Assembly (NCBI GenBank): GCA_964016885.1
Contig: OZ024745.1
Span: forward strand, 13,268,001-13,332,000
Reading direction: 5' to 3'
Length of the DNA: 64,000 bases
Origin: Eledone cirrhosa
Lineage: Eukaryota
In this document: one piece after another, positions 51,101 to 64,000 of the stretch
Layout of the letters: each line of letters starts with the position of its first letter
Position numbering within the stretch: position 1 is the stretch's first letter
Position numbers and translations under genes: made by a program
Notes under the pieces: model-generated
What the model was told of the DNA's origin: nothing
What the model saw: the letters and a program-made list of their open reading frames with translations, nothing else
The model's database searches: none

Positions 51101-54100
51101 GTCACAGTGTAGCTACTGACACTTCAGTTAGACTCATATCTACCCATGTCACAGTGTAGCTACTGACACTTCAGTTAGACTCATGTCTCCCCATGTCACA
51201 GTGTAGATACTGACACCTCAGTTAGACTCATATCTCCCCATGTCACAGTGTAGCTACTGACACCTCAGTTAGGCTCATATCTCCCCATGTCACAGTGTAG
51301 CTACTGACACCTCAGTTAGACTCATATCTCCCCATGTCACAGTGTAGCTACTGAGACCTCAGTTAGACTCATATCTCCCCATGTCACAGTGTAGCTACTG
51401 ACACCTCAGTTAGACTCATATCTCCCCATGTCACAGTGTAGCTACTGACACCTCAGTTAGACTCATATCTCCCCATGTCACAGTGTAGCTACTGACACTT
51501 CAGTTAGACTCATATCTCCCCATGTCACAGTGTAGATACTGACACCTCAGTTAGACTCATATCTCCCCATGTTACAGTGTAGCTACTGACACCTCAGTTA
51601 GACTCATATCTCCCCATGTCACAGTGTAGCTATTGACACTTCAGTTAGACTCATATCTCCCCATGTCACAGTGTAGCTACTGACACTTCAGTTAGACTCA
51701 TATCTCCCCATGTCACAGTGTAGCTACTGACACCTCAGTTAGACTCATATCTCCCCATGTCACAGTATAGCGACTGACACTTCAGTTAGACTCATATCTC
51801 CCCATGTCACAGTGTAGCTACTGACACCTCAGTTAGACTCATATCTCCCCATGTCACAGTGTAGCTACTGACACCTCAGTTAGGCTCATATCTCCCCATG
51901 TCACAGTGTAGCTACTAACATCTCAGTTAGACTCATATCTCCCCATGTCACAGTGTAGCTACTGACACTTCAGTTAGACTCATATCTCCCCATGTCACAG
52001 TGTAGCTACTGACACTTCAGTTAGACTCATATCTCCCCATGTTACAGTGTAGCTACTGACACCTCAGTTAGACTCATATCTCCCCATGTCACAGTGTAGA
52101 TACTGACACCTCAGTTAGACTCATATCTCCCCATGTCACAGTGTAGCTACTGACACCTCAGTTAGACTCATATCTCCCCATGTCACAGTGTAGCTACTGA
52201 CACTTCAGTTAGACTCATATCTCCCCATGTTACAGTGTAGCTACTGACACCTCAGTTAGACTCATATCTCCCCATGTCACAGTGTAGATACTGACACCTC
52301 AGTTAGACTCATATCTCCCCATGTCACAGTGTAGCTACTGACACTTCAGTTAGACTCATATCTCCCCATGTCACAGTGTAGATACTGACACCTCAGTTAG
52401 ACTCATGTCTCCCCATGTTACAGTGTAGCTACTGACACCTCAGTTAGACTCATATCTCCCCATGTCACAGTGTAGCTACTGACACCTCAGTTAGACTCAT
52501 ATCTCCCCATGTCACAGTGTAGCTACTGACACCTCAGTTAGACTCATATCTCCCCATGTCACAGTGTACCTACTGACACTTCAGTTAGACTCATATCTTC
52601 CCATGTCACAGTGTAGCTACTGACACCTCAGTTAGACTCATATCTCCCCATGTCACAGTGTAGCTACTCACACCTCAGTTAGGCTCATATCTCCCCATGT
52701 CACAGTGTAGCTACTGACACCTCAGTTAGACTCATATCTCCCCATGTCACAGTGTAGCTACTGACACTTCAGTTACACTCATATCTTCCCATGTCACAGT
52801 GTAGCTACTGACACCTCAGTTAGACTCATATCTTCCCATGTCACAGTATAGCTACTGACACCTCAGTTAGACTCATATCTCCCCATGTCACAGTGTAGCT
52901 ACTGCCATTTCAGTTAGACTCATATCTTCCCATGTCACAGTGTAGATACTGACACCTCAGTTAGACTCATATCTCCCCATGTCACAGTGTAGCTACTGAC
53001 ACTTCAGTTAGACTCATATCTCCCCATGTCACAGTGTAGCTACTGACACTTCAGTTAGACTCATATCTCCCCATGTCACAGTGTAGCTACTGACACTTCA
53101 GTTAGACTCATATCTCCCCATGTCACAGTGTAGCTACTGACACTTCAGTTAGACTCATATCTCCCCATGTCACAGTGTAGCTACTGACACTTCAGTTAGA
53201 CTCATATCTCCCCATGTCACAGTGTAGCTACTGACAATTCAGTTAGACTCATGTCTCCCCATGTCACAGTGTAGATACTGACACCTCAGTTAGACTCATA
53301 TCTCCCCATGTCACAGTGTAGCTACTGACACCTCAGTTAGGCTCATATCTCCCCATGTCACAGTGTAGCTACTGACACCTCAGTTAGACTCTTATCTCCC
53401 CATGTCACAGTGTAGCTACTGAGACCTCAGTTAGACTCATATCTCCCCATGTCACAGTGTAGCTACTGACACCTCAGTTAGACTCATATCTCCCCATGTC
53501 ACAGTGTAGCTACTGACACCTCAGTTAGACTCATATCTCCCCATGTCACAGTGTAGCTACTGACACTTCAGTTAGACTCATATCTCCCCATGTCACAGTG
53601 TAGATACTGACACCTCAGTTAGACTCATATCTCCCCATGTTACAGTGTAGCTACTGACACCTCAGTTAGACTCATATCTCCCCATGTCACAGTGTAGCTA
53701 TTGACACTTCAGTTAGACTCATATCTCCCCATGTCACAGTGTAGCTACTGACACTTCAGTTAGACTCATATCTCCCCATGTCACAGTGTAGCTACTGACA
53801 CCTCAGTTAGACTCATATCTCCCCATGTCACAGTATAGCTACTGACACTTCAGTTAGACTCATATCTCCCCATGTCACAGTGTAGCTACTGACACCTCAG
53901 TTAGACTCATATCTCCCCATGTCACAGTGTAGCTACTGACACCTCAGTTAGGCTCATATCTCCCCATGTCACAGTGTAGCTACTAACATCTCAGTTAGAC
54001 TCATATCTCCCCATGTCACAGTGTAGCTACTGACACTTCAGTTAGACTCATATCTCCCCATGTCACAGTGTAGATACTGACACCTCAGTTAGACTCATAT

Positions 54101-57100
54101 CTCCCCATGTTACAGTGTAGCTACTGACACCTCAGTTAGACACATATCTCCCCATGTCACAGTGTAGCTATTGACACTTCAGTTAGACTCATATCTCCCC
54201 ATGTCACAGTGTAGCTACTGACACTTCAGCTAGACTCATATCTCCACATGTCACAGTGTAGCTAGTGACACCTCAGTTAGACTCATATCTCCCCATGTCA
54301 CAGTGTAGCTACTGACACTTCAGTTAGACTCATATCTCCCCATGTCTCAGTGTAGCTACTGACACTTCAGTTAGACTCATATCTCCCCATGTCACAGTGT
54401 AGCTACTGACAACTCAGTTAGACTCATATCTCCCCATGTCACAGTGTAGCTACTGACACTTCAGTTAGACTCATATCTCCCCATGTCACAGTGTAGCTAC
54501 TGACACTTCAGTTAGACTCATATCTTCCCATGTCACAGTGTAGCTACTGACACCTCAGTTAGACTCATATCTCCCCATGTCACAGTGTAGCTACTGACAC
54601 CTCAGTTAGGCTCATATCTCCCCATGTCACAGTGTAGCTACTGACACCTCAGTTAGACTCATATCTCCCCATGTCACAGTGTAGCTACTGACACTTCAGT
54701 TAGACTCATATCTCCCCATGTCTCAGTGTAGCTACTGACACTTCAGTTAGACTCATATCTCCCCATGTCACAGTGTAGCTACTGACAACTCAGTTAGACT
54801 CATATCTCCCCATGTCACAGTGTAGCTACTGACACTTCAGTTAGACTCATATCTCCCCATGTCACAGTGTAGCTACTGACACTTCAGTTAGACTCATATC
54901 TTCCCATGTCACAGTGTAGCTACTGACACCTCAGTTAGACTCATATCTCCCCATGTCACAGTGTAGCTACTGACACCTCAGTTAGGCTCATATCTCCCCA
55001 TGTCACAGTGTAGCTACTGACACCTCAGTTAGACTCATATCTCCCCATGTCACAGTGTAGCTACTGACACTTCAGTTAGACTCATATCTCCACATGTCAC
55101 AGTGTAGCTACTGACACTTCAGTTAGACTCATATCTCCCCATGTCACAGTGTAGCTACTGACAACTCAGTTAGACTCATATCTCCCCATGTCACAGTGTA
55201 GCTACTGACACTTCAGTTAGACTCATATCTCCCCATGTCACAGTGTAGCTACTGACACCTCAGTTAGACTCATATCTCCCCATGTCACAGTGTAGCTACT
55301 GACACTTCAGTTAGACTCATATCTCCCCATGTCACAGTGTAGCTACTGACACTTCAGTTAGACTCATATCTCCCCGTGTCACAGTGTAGCTACTGACACT
55401 TCAGTTAGACTCATATCTCCCCATGTCACAGTGTAGATACTGACACCTCAGTTAGACTCATATCTCACCATGTCACAGTGTAGCTACTGACACCTCAGTT
55501 AGGCTCATATCTCCCCATGTCACGGTGTAGCTACTGACACCTCAGTTAGACTCATATCTCCCCATGTCACAGTGTAGCTACTGAGACCTCAGTTAGACTC
55601 ATATCTCCCCATGTCACAGTGTAGCTACTGACACCTCAGTTAGACTCATATCTCCCCATGTCACAGTGTAGCTACTGACACTTCAGTTAGAGTCATATCT
55701 CCCATGTCACAGTGTAGATACTGACACCTCAGTTAGACTCATATCTCCCCATGTTACAGTGTAGCTACTGACACCTCAGTTAGACTCATATCTCCCCATG
55801 TCACAGTGTAGCTATTGACACTTCAGTTAGACTCATATCTCCCCATGTCACAGAGTAGCTACTGACACTTCAGTTAGACTCATATCTCCCCATGTCACAG
55901 TGTAGCTACTGACACCTCAGTTAGACTCATATCTCCCCATGTCACCGTATAGCTACTGACACTTCAGTTAGACTCATATCTCCCCATGTCACAGTGTAGC
56001 TACTGACACCTCAGTTAGACTCATATCTCCCCATGTCACAGTGTAGCTACTGACACCTCAGTTAGGCTCATATCTCCCCATGTCACAGTGTAGCTACTGA
56101 CACCTCAGTTAGACTCATATCTCCCCATGTCACAGTGTAGCTACTGACACCTCAGTTAGACTCATATCTCGCCATGTCACAGTGTAGCTACTGACACCTC
56201 AGATAGACTCATATCTCCCCATGTCACAGTGTAGCTACTGACACTTCAGTTAGACTCATATCTCCCCATGTCACAGTGTAGATACTGACACCTCAGTTAG
56301 ACTCATATCTCCCCATGTCACAGTGTAGCTATTGACACTTCTGTTAGACTCATATCTCCCCATGTCACAGTGTAGCTACTGACACTTCAGTTAGACTCAT
56401 ATCTCCCCATGTCACAGTGTAGCTACTGACACCTCAGTTAGATTCATATCTCCCCATGTCACAGTGTAGCTACTGACACTTCAGTTAGACTCATATCTCC
56501 CCATGTCACAGTGTAGCTACTGACACTTCAGTTAGACTCATATCTTCCCATGTCGCAGTGTAGCTACTGACACCTCAGTTAGACTCATATCTCCCCATGT
56601 CACAGTGTAGCTACTGACACTTCAGTTAGACTCATATCTCCCCATCTCACAGTGTAGCTACTGACACTTCAGTTAGACTCATATCTCCCCATGTCACAGT
56701 GTAGCTACTGACACCTCAGTTAGACTCATATCTCCCCATGTCACAGTGTAGCTACTGACACCTCAGATAGACTCATATCTCCCCATGTCACAGTGTAGCT
56801 ACTGACACTTCCGTTAGACTCATATCTCCCCATGTCACAGTGTAGATACTGACACCTCAGTTAGACTCATATCTCCCCATGTTACAGTGTAGTTACTGAC
56901 ACCTCAGTTAGACTCATATCTCCCCATGTCACAGTGTAGCTATTGACACTTCAGTTAGACTCATATCTCCCCATGTCACAGTGTAGCTACTGACACTTCA
57001 GTTAGACTCATATCTCCACATGTCACATTGTAGCTACTGACACCTCAGTTAGACTCATATCTCCCCATGTCACAGTGTAGTTACTGACACTTCAGTTAGA

Positions 57101-60100
57101 CTCATATCTCCCCATGTCACAGTGTAGCTACTGACACTTCAGTTAGACTCATATCTTCCCATGTCACAGTGTAGCTACTGACACCTCAGTTAGACTCATA
57201 TCTCCCCATGTCACAGTGTAGCTACTGACACCTCAGTTAGGCTCATATCTCCCCATGTCACCGTGTAGCTACTGACACCTCAGTTAGACTCATATCTCCC
57301 CATGTCACAGTGTAGCTATTGACACTTCAGTTAGACTTATATCTCCCCATGTCACAGTGTAGCTACTGACACTTCAGTTAGACTCATATCTCCCCATGTC
57401 ACAGTGTAGCTACTGACACCTCAGTTAGACTCATATCTACCCATGTCACAGTGTAGCTACTGACACTTCAGTTAGACTCATATCTCCCCATGTCACAGTG
57501 TAGCTACTGACACTTCAGTTAGACTCATATCTCCCCATGTCACAGTGTAGCTACTGACACCTCAGTTAGACTCATATCTACCCATGTCACAGTGTAGCTA
57601 CTGACACTTCAGTTAGACTCATATCTCCCCATGTCACAGTGTAGCTACTGACACTTCAGTTAGACTCATATCTCCCCATGTCACAGTGTAGCTACTGACA
57701 CCTCAGTTAGGCTCATATCTCCCCATGTCACAGTGTAGCTACTGACACCTCAGTTAGACTCATATCTCCCCATGTCACAGTGTAGCTACTGAAACATCAG
57801 TTAGACACATGTCTCCCCATGTCACAGTGTAGCTACTGACACTTCAGTTAGACTCATATCTCCCCATGTCACAGTGTAGATACTGACACCTCAGTTAGAC
57901 TCATATCTCCCCATGTCACAGTATAGCTACTGACACTTCAGTTAGACTCATATCTCCCCATGTCACAGTGTAGCTACTGACACCTCAGTTAGACTCATAT
58001 CTCCCCATGTCACAGTGTAGCTACTGACACCTCAGTTAGGCTCATATCTCCCCATGTCACAGTGTAGCTACTGACATCTCAGTTAGACTCATATCTCCCC
58101 ATGTCACAGTGTAGCTACTGACACCTCAGTTAGACTCATATCTCGCCATGTCACAGTGTAGCTACAGACACCTCAGTTAGACTCATATCTCCCCATGTCA
58201 CAGTGTAGCTACTGACACTTCAGTTAGAATCATATCTCCCCATGTCACAGTGTAGCTACTGACACTTCAGTTAGACTCATATCTCCCCATGTCACAGTGT
58301 AGCTACTGACACCTCAGTTAGACTCATATCTACCCATGTCACAGTGTAGCTACTGACACTTCAGTTAGACTCATATCTCCCCATGTCACAGTGTAGCTAC
58401 TGACACTTCAGTTAGACTCATATCTCCCCATGTCACAGTGTAGATACTGACACCTCAGTTAGACTCATATCTCCCCATGTCACAGTATAGCTACTGACAC
58501 TTCAGTTAGACTCATATCTCCCCATGTCACAGTGTAGCTACTGACACCTCAGTTAGACTCATATCTCCCCATGTCACAGTGTAGCTACTGACACCTCAGT
58601 TAGGCTCATATCTCCCCATGTCACAGTGTAGCTACTGACACCTCAGTTAGACTCATATCTCCCCATGTCACAGTGTAGCTACTGACACCTCAGTTAGACT
58701 CATATCTCGCCATGTCACACGTGTAGCTACAGACACTTCAGTTAGACTCATATCTCCTCATGTCACAGTGTAGATACTGACACCTCAGTTAGACTCATAT
58801 CTCCCCATGTCACAGTGTAGCTACTGACACTTCAGTTAGACTCATATCTCCCCATGTCACAGTGTAGCTACTGACACTTCAGTTAGACTCATATCTTCCC
58901 ATGTCACAGTGTAGCTACTGACACCTCAGTTAGACTCATATCTCCCCATGTCACCGTGTAGCTACTGACACCTCAGTTAGACTCATATCTCCCCATGTCA
59001 CAGTGTAGCTATTGACACTTCAGTTAGACTTATATCTCCCCATGTCACAGTGTAGCTACTGACACTTCAGTTAGACTCCTATCTCCCCATGTCACAGTGT
59101 AGCTACTGACACCTCAGTTAAACTCATATCTACCCATGTCACAGTGTAGCTACTGACACTTCAGTTAGACTCATATCTCCCCATGTCACAGTGTAGCTAC
59201 TGACACTTCAGTTAGACTCATATCTCCCCATGTCACAGTGTAGCTACTGACACCTCAGTTAGGCTCATATCTCCCCATGTCACAGTGTAGCTACTGACAC
59301 CTCAGTTAGACTCATATCTCCCCATGTCACAGTGTAGCTACTGAGACCTCAGTTAGACTCATATCTCCCCATGTCACAGTGTAGCTACTGACACTTCAGT
59401 TAGACTCATATCTCCCCATGTCACAGTGTAGATACTGATACCTCAGTTAGACTCATATCTCCCCATGTCACAGTATAGCTACTGACACTTCAGTTAGACT
59501 CATATCTCCCCATGTCACAGTGTAGCTACTGACACCTCAGTTAGACTCATATCTCCCCATGTCACAGTGTAGCTACTGACACCTCAGTTAGGCTCATAAC
59601 TCCCCATGTCACAGTGTAGCTACTGACACCTCAGTTAGACTCATATCTCCCCATGTCACAGTGTAGCTACTGACACCTCAGTTAGACTCATATCTCGCCA
59701 TGTCACAGTGTAGCTACAGACACCTCAGTTAGACTCATATCTCCCCATGTCACAGTGTAGCTACTGACACTTCAGTTAGACTCATATCTCCTCATGTCAC
59801 AGTGTAGATACTGACACCTCAGTTAGACTCATATCTCCCCATGTCACAGTGTAGCTACTGACACTTCAGTTAGACTCATATCTCCCCATGTCACAGTGTA
59901 GCTACTGACACTTCAGTTAGACTCATATCTCCCCATGTCACAGTGTAGCTACTGACACTTCAGTTAGACTCATATCTCCCCATGTCACAGTGTAGATACT
60001 GACACCTCAGTTAGACTCATATCTCCCCATGTCACAGTGTAGCTACTGACACCTCAGTTAGACTCATATCTCCCCATGTCACAGTGTAGCTACTGACACT

Positions 60101-63100
60101 TCAGTTAGACTCATATCTCCCCATGTCACAGTGTAGCTACTGACACTTCAGTTAGACTCATATCTCCCCATGTCACAGTGTAGATACTGACACCTCAGTT
60201 AGACTCATATCTCCCCATGTCACAGTGTAGCTACTGACACCTCAGTTAGGCTCATATCTCCTCATGTCACAGTGTAGCTACTGACACCTCAGTTAGACTC
60301 ATATCTCCCCATGTCACAGTGTAGCTACTGAGACCTCAGTTAGACTCATATCTCCCCATGTCACAGTGTAGCTACTGACACCTCAGTTAGACTCATATCT
60401 CCCCATGTCACAGTGTAGCTACTGGCACTTCAGTTAGACTCATATCTCCCCATGTCACAGTGTAGATACTGACACCTCAGTTAGACTCATATCTCCCCAT
60501 GTTACAGTGTAGCTACTGACACCTCAGTTAGACTCATATCTCCCCATGTCACAGTGTAGCTATTGACACTTCAGTTAGACTCATATCTCCCCATGTCACA
60601 GTGTAGCTACTGACACTTCAGTTAGACTCATATCTCCCCATGTCACAGTGTAGCTACTGACACCTCAGTTAGACTCATATCTCCCCATGTCACAGTATAG
60701 CTACTGACACTTCAGTTAGACTCATATCTCCTCATATCACAGTGTAGCTACTGACACCTCAGTTAGACTCATATCTCCCCATGTCACAGTGTAGCTACTG
60801 ACACCTCAGTTAGGCTCATATCTCCCCATGTCACAGTGTAGCTACTAACATCTCAGTTAGACTCATATCTCCCCATGTCACAGTGTAGCTACTTACACTT
60901 CAGTTAGACTCATATCACCCCATGTCACAGTGTAGATACTGACATCTCAGTTAGACTCATATCTCCCCATGTCACAGTGTAGCTACTGACACTTCAGTTA
61001 GACTCATATCACCCCATGTCACAGTGTAGATACTGACATCTCAGTTAGACTCATATCTCCCCATGTTACAGTGTAGCTACTGACACCTCAGTTAGACACA
61101 TATCTCCCCATGTCACAGTGTAGCTATTGACACTTCGGTTAGACTCATATCTCCCCATGTCACAGTGTATCTACTGACACTTCAGTTAGACTCATATCTC
61201 CACATGTCACAGTGTAGCTACTGACACCTCAGTTAGACTCATATCTCCCCATGTCACAGTGTAGCTACTGACACTTCAGTTAGACTCATATCTCCCCATG
61301 TCACAGTGTAGCTACTGACACTTCAGTTAGACTCATATCTTCCCATGTCACAGTGTAGCTACTGACACCTCAGTTAGACTCATATCTCCCCATGTCACAG
61401 TGTAGCTACTGACACCTCAGTTAGGCTCATATCTCCCCATGTCACAGTGTAGCTACTGACACCTCAGTTAGACTCATATCTCCCCATGTCACAGTGTAGC
61501 TACTGACACCTCAGTTAGACTCATATCTCCCCATGTCACAGTGTAGCTACTGACACCTCAGATAGACTCATATCTCCCCATGTCACAGTGTAGCTACTGA
61601 CACCTCAGTTAGACTCATATCTCCCCATGTCACAGTGTAGCTACTGAGACCTCAGTTAGACTCATATCTCCCCATGTCACAGTGTAGCTACTGACACCTC
61701 AGTTAGACTCATATCTCCCCATGTCACAGTGTAGATACTGACACCTCAGTTAGACTCATATCTCCCCATGTCACAGTGTAGCTACTGACACCTCAGTTAG
61801 GCTCATATCTCCCCATGTCACAGTGTAGCTACTGACATCTCAGTTAGACTCATATCTCCCCATGTCACAGTGTAGCTACTGACACTTCAGTTAGACTCAT
61901 ATCACCCCATGTCACAGTGTAGCTACTGACACTTCAGTTAGACTCATATCTCCCCATGTCACAGTGTAGATACTGACACCTCAGTTAGACTCATATCTCC
62001 CCATGTTACAGTGTAGCTACTGACACCTCAGTTAGACTCATATCTCCCCATGTTACAGTGTAGCTATTGACACTTCAGTTAGACTCATATCTCCCCATGT
62101 CACAGTGTAGCTACTGACACATCAGTTAGACTCATATCTCCACATGTCACAGTGTAGCTACTGACACCTCAGTTAGACTCATATCTCCCCATGTCACAGT
62201 GTAGCTACTGACACTTCAGTTAGACTCATATCTTCCCATGTCACAGTGTAGCTACTGACACCTCAGTTAGACTCATATCTCCCCATGTCACAGTGTAGCT
62301 ACTGACACCTCAGTTAGGCTCATATCTCCCCATGTCACCGTGTAGCTACTGACACCTCAGTTAGACTCATATCTCCCCATGTCACAGTGTAGCTATTGAC
62401 ACTTCAGTTAGACTTATATCTCCCCATGTCACAGTGTAGCTACTGACACTTCAGTTAGACTCATATCTCCCCATGTCACAGTGTAGCTACTGACACCTCA
62501 GTTAGACTCATATCTACCCATGTCACAGTGTAGCTACTGACACTTCAGTTAGACTCATATCTCCCCATGTCACAGTGTAGCTACTGACACTTCAGTTAGA
62601 CTCATATCTCCCCATGTCACAGTGTAGATACTGACACCTCAGTTAGACTCATATCTCCCCATGTCACAGTGTAGCTACTGACACCTCAGTTAGGCTCATA
62701 TCTCCCCATGTCACAGTGTAGCTACTGACACCTCAGTTAGACTCATATCTCCCCATGTCACAGTGTAGCTACTGAAACATCAGTTAGACACATATCTCCC
62801 CATGTCACAGTGTAGCTACTGACACTTCAGTTAGACTCATATCTCCCCATGTCACAGTGTAGATACTGACACCTCAGTTAGACTCATATCTCCCCATGTC
62901 ACAGTATAGCTACTGACACTTCAGTTAGACTCATATCTCCCCATGTCACAGTGTAGCTACTGACACCTCAGTTAGACTCATATCTCCCCATGTCACAGTG
63001 TAGATACTGACACCTCAGTTAGGCTCATATCTCCCTATGTCACAGTGTAGCTACTGACACCTCAGTTAGACTCATATCTCCCCATGTCACAGTGTAGCTA

Positions 63101-64000
63101 CTGACACCTCAGTTAGACTCATATCTCGCCATGTCACAGTGTAGCTACAGACACCTCAGTTAGACTCATATCTCCCCATGTCACAGTGTAGCTACTGACA
63201 CTTCAGTTAGACTAATATCTCCCCATGTCACAGTGTAGCTACTGACACTTCAGTTAGACTCATATCTCCCCATGTCACAGTGTAGCTACTGACACCTCAG
63301 TTAGACTCATATCTACCCATGTCACAGTGTAGCTACTGACACTTCAGTTAGACTCATATCTCCCCATGTCACAGTGTAGCTACTGACACTTCAGTTAGAC
63401 TCATATCTCCACATGTCACAGTGTAGATACTGACACCTCAGTTAGACTCATATCTCCCCATGTCACAGTGTAGCTACTGACACCTCAGTTAGGCTCATAT
63501 CTCCCCATGTCACAGTGTAGCTACTGACACCTCAGTTAGACTCATATCTCCCCATGTCACAGTGTAGCTACTGAAACATCAGTTAGACACATATCTCCCC
63601 ATGTCACACTGTAGCTACTGACACTTCAGTTAGACTCATATCTCCCCATGTCACAGTGTAGATACTGACACCTCAGTTAGACTCATATCTCCCCATGTCA
63701 CAGTATAGCTACTGACACTTCAGTTAGACTCATATCTCCCCATGTCACAGTGTAGCTACTGACACCTCAGTTAGACTCATATCTCCCCATGTCACAGTGT
63801 AGCTACTGACACCTCAGTTAGGCTCATATCTCCCCATGTCACAGTGTAGCTACTGACACCTCAGTTAGACTCATATCTCCCCATGTCACAGTGTAGCTAC
63901 TGACACCTCAGTTAGACTCATATCTCGCCATGTCACAGTGTAGCTACAGACACCTCAGTTAGACTCATATCTCCCCATGTCACAGTGTAGCTACTGACAC
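48140..64000. repeat. 47-bp satellite array, ~337 copies, extends beyond window
   Basis: Unit gtcacagtgtagctactgacacYtcagttagactcatatctccccat, head-to-tail, no spacers. Confidence 0.99.

Noticed and set aside
48140-64000. CRISPR-like array
   Set aside because: Units are contiguous with no unique spacers, there are no cas genes, and the context is eukaryotic
48140-64000. CACAGTG in every unit as an RSS/Transib heptamer
   Set aside because: No ACAAAAACC-like nonamer at 12 or 23 bp spacing and no transposase nearby
48140-64000. Ribozyme-bearing satellite
   Set aside because: Minus strand has CTGARGT but no CTGANGA/GAAA core

Overview
Repeat-dense eukaryotic DNA. The (TA)n microsatellites, SINE families and Penelope content resemble a coleoid cephalopod such as Octopus (inference). 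One minus-strand, phase-consistent multi-exon protein-coding gene can be assembled by hand: coding exons 38409-38331, 31914-31757, 30424-30247, 21820-21068 and 1409-1015, 521 codons, continuing past the window start, product unrecognised. Its introns hold Penelope-like elements (PLEs), RTE LINE fragments, a Tc1/mariner relic, MITEs, tRNA-SINEs, micro/minisatellites and a series of fold-back elements in (TA)n. These elements carry about ten hammerhead ribozyme (HHR) motifs, several with a U3:A8 core variant, some with a full stem III, and several sharing a downstream GTATTGAGTAC motif. Upstream of the gene lie an R4/Dong-like RLE retrotransposon in (TATG)n, an internally deleted RTE, a 68-bp minisatellite derived from CRE-like coding sequence, and a >15.8-kb 47-bp satellite with higher-order structure that runs off the window end. 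Most ORFs in the supplied track are microsatellite artefacts. No CRISPR array, rRNA or intact tRNA gene was found.
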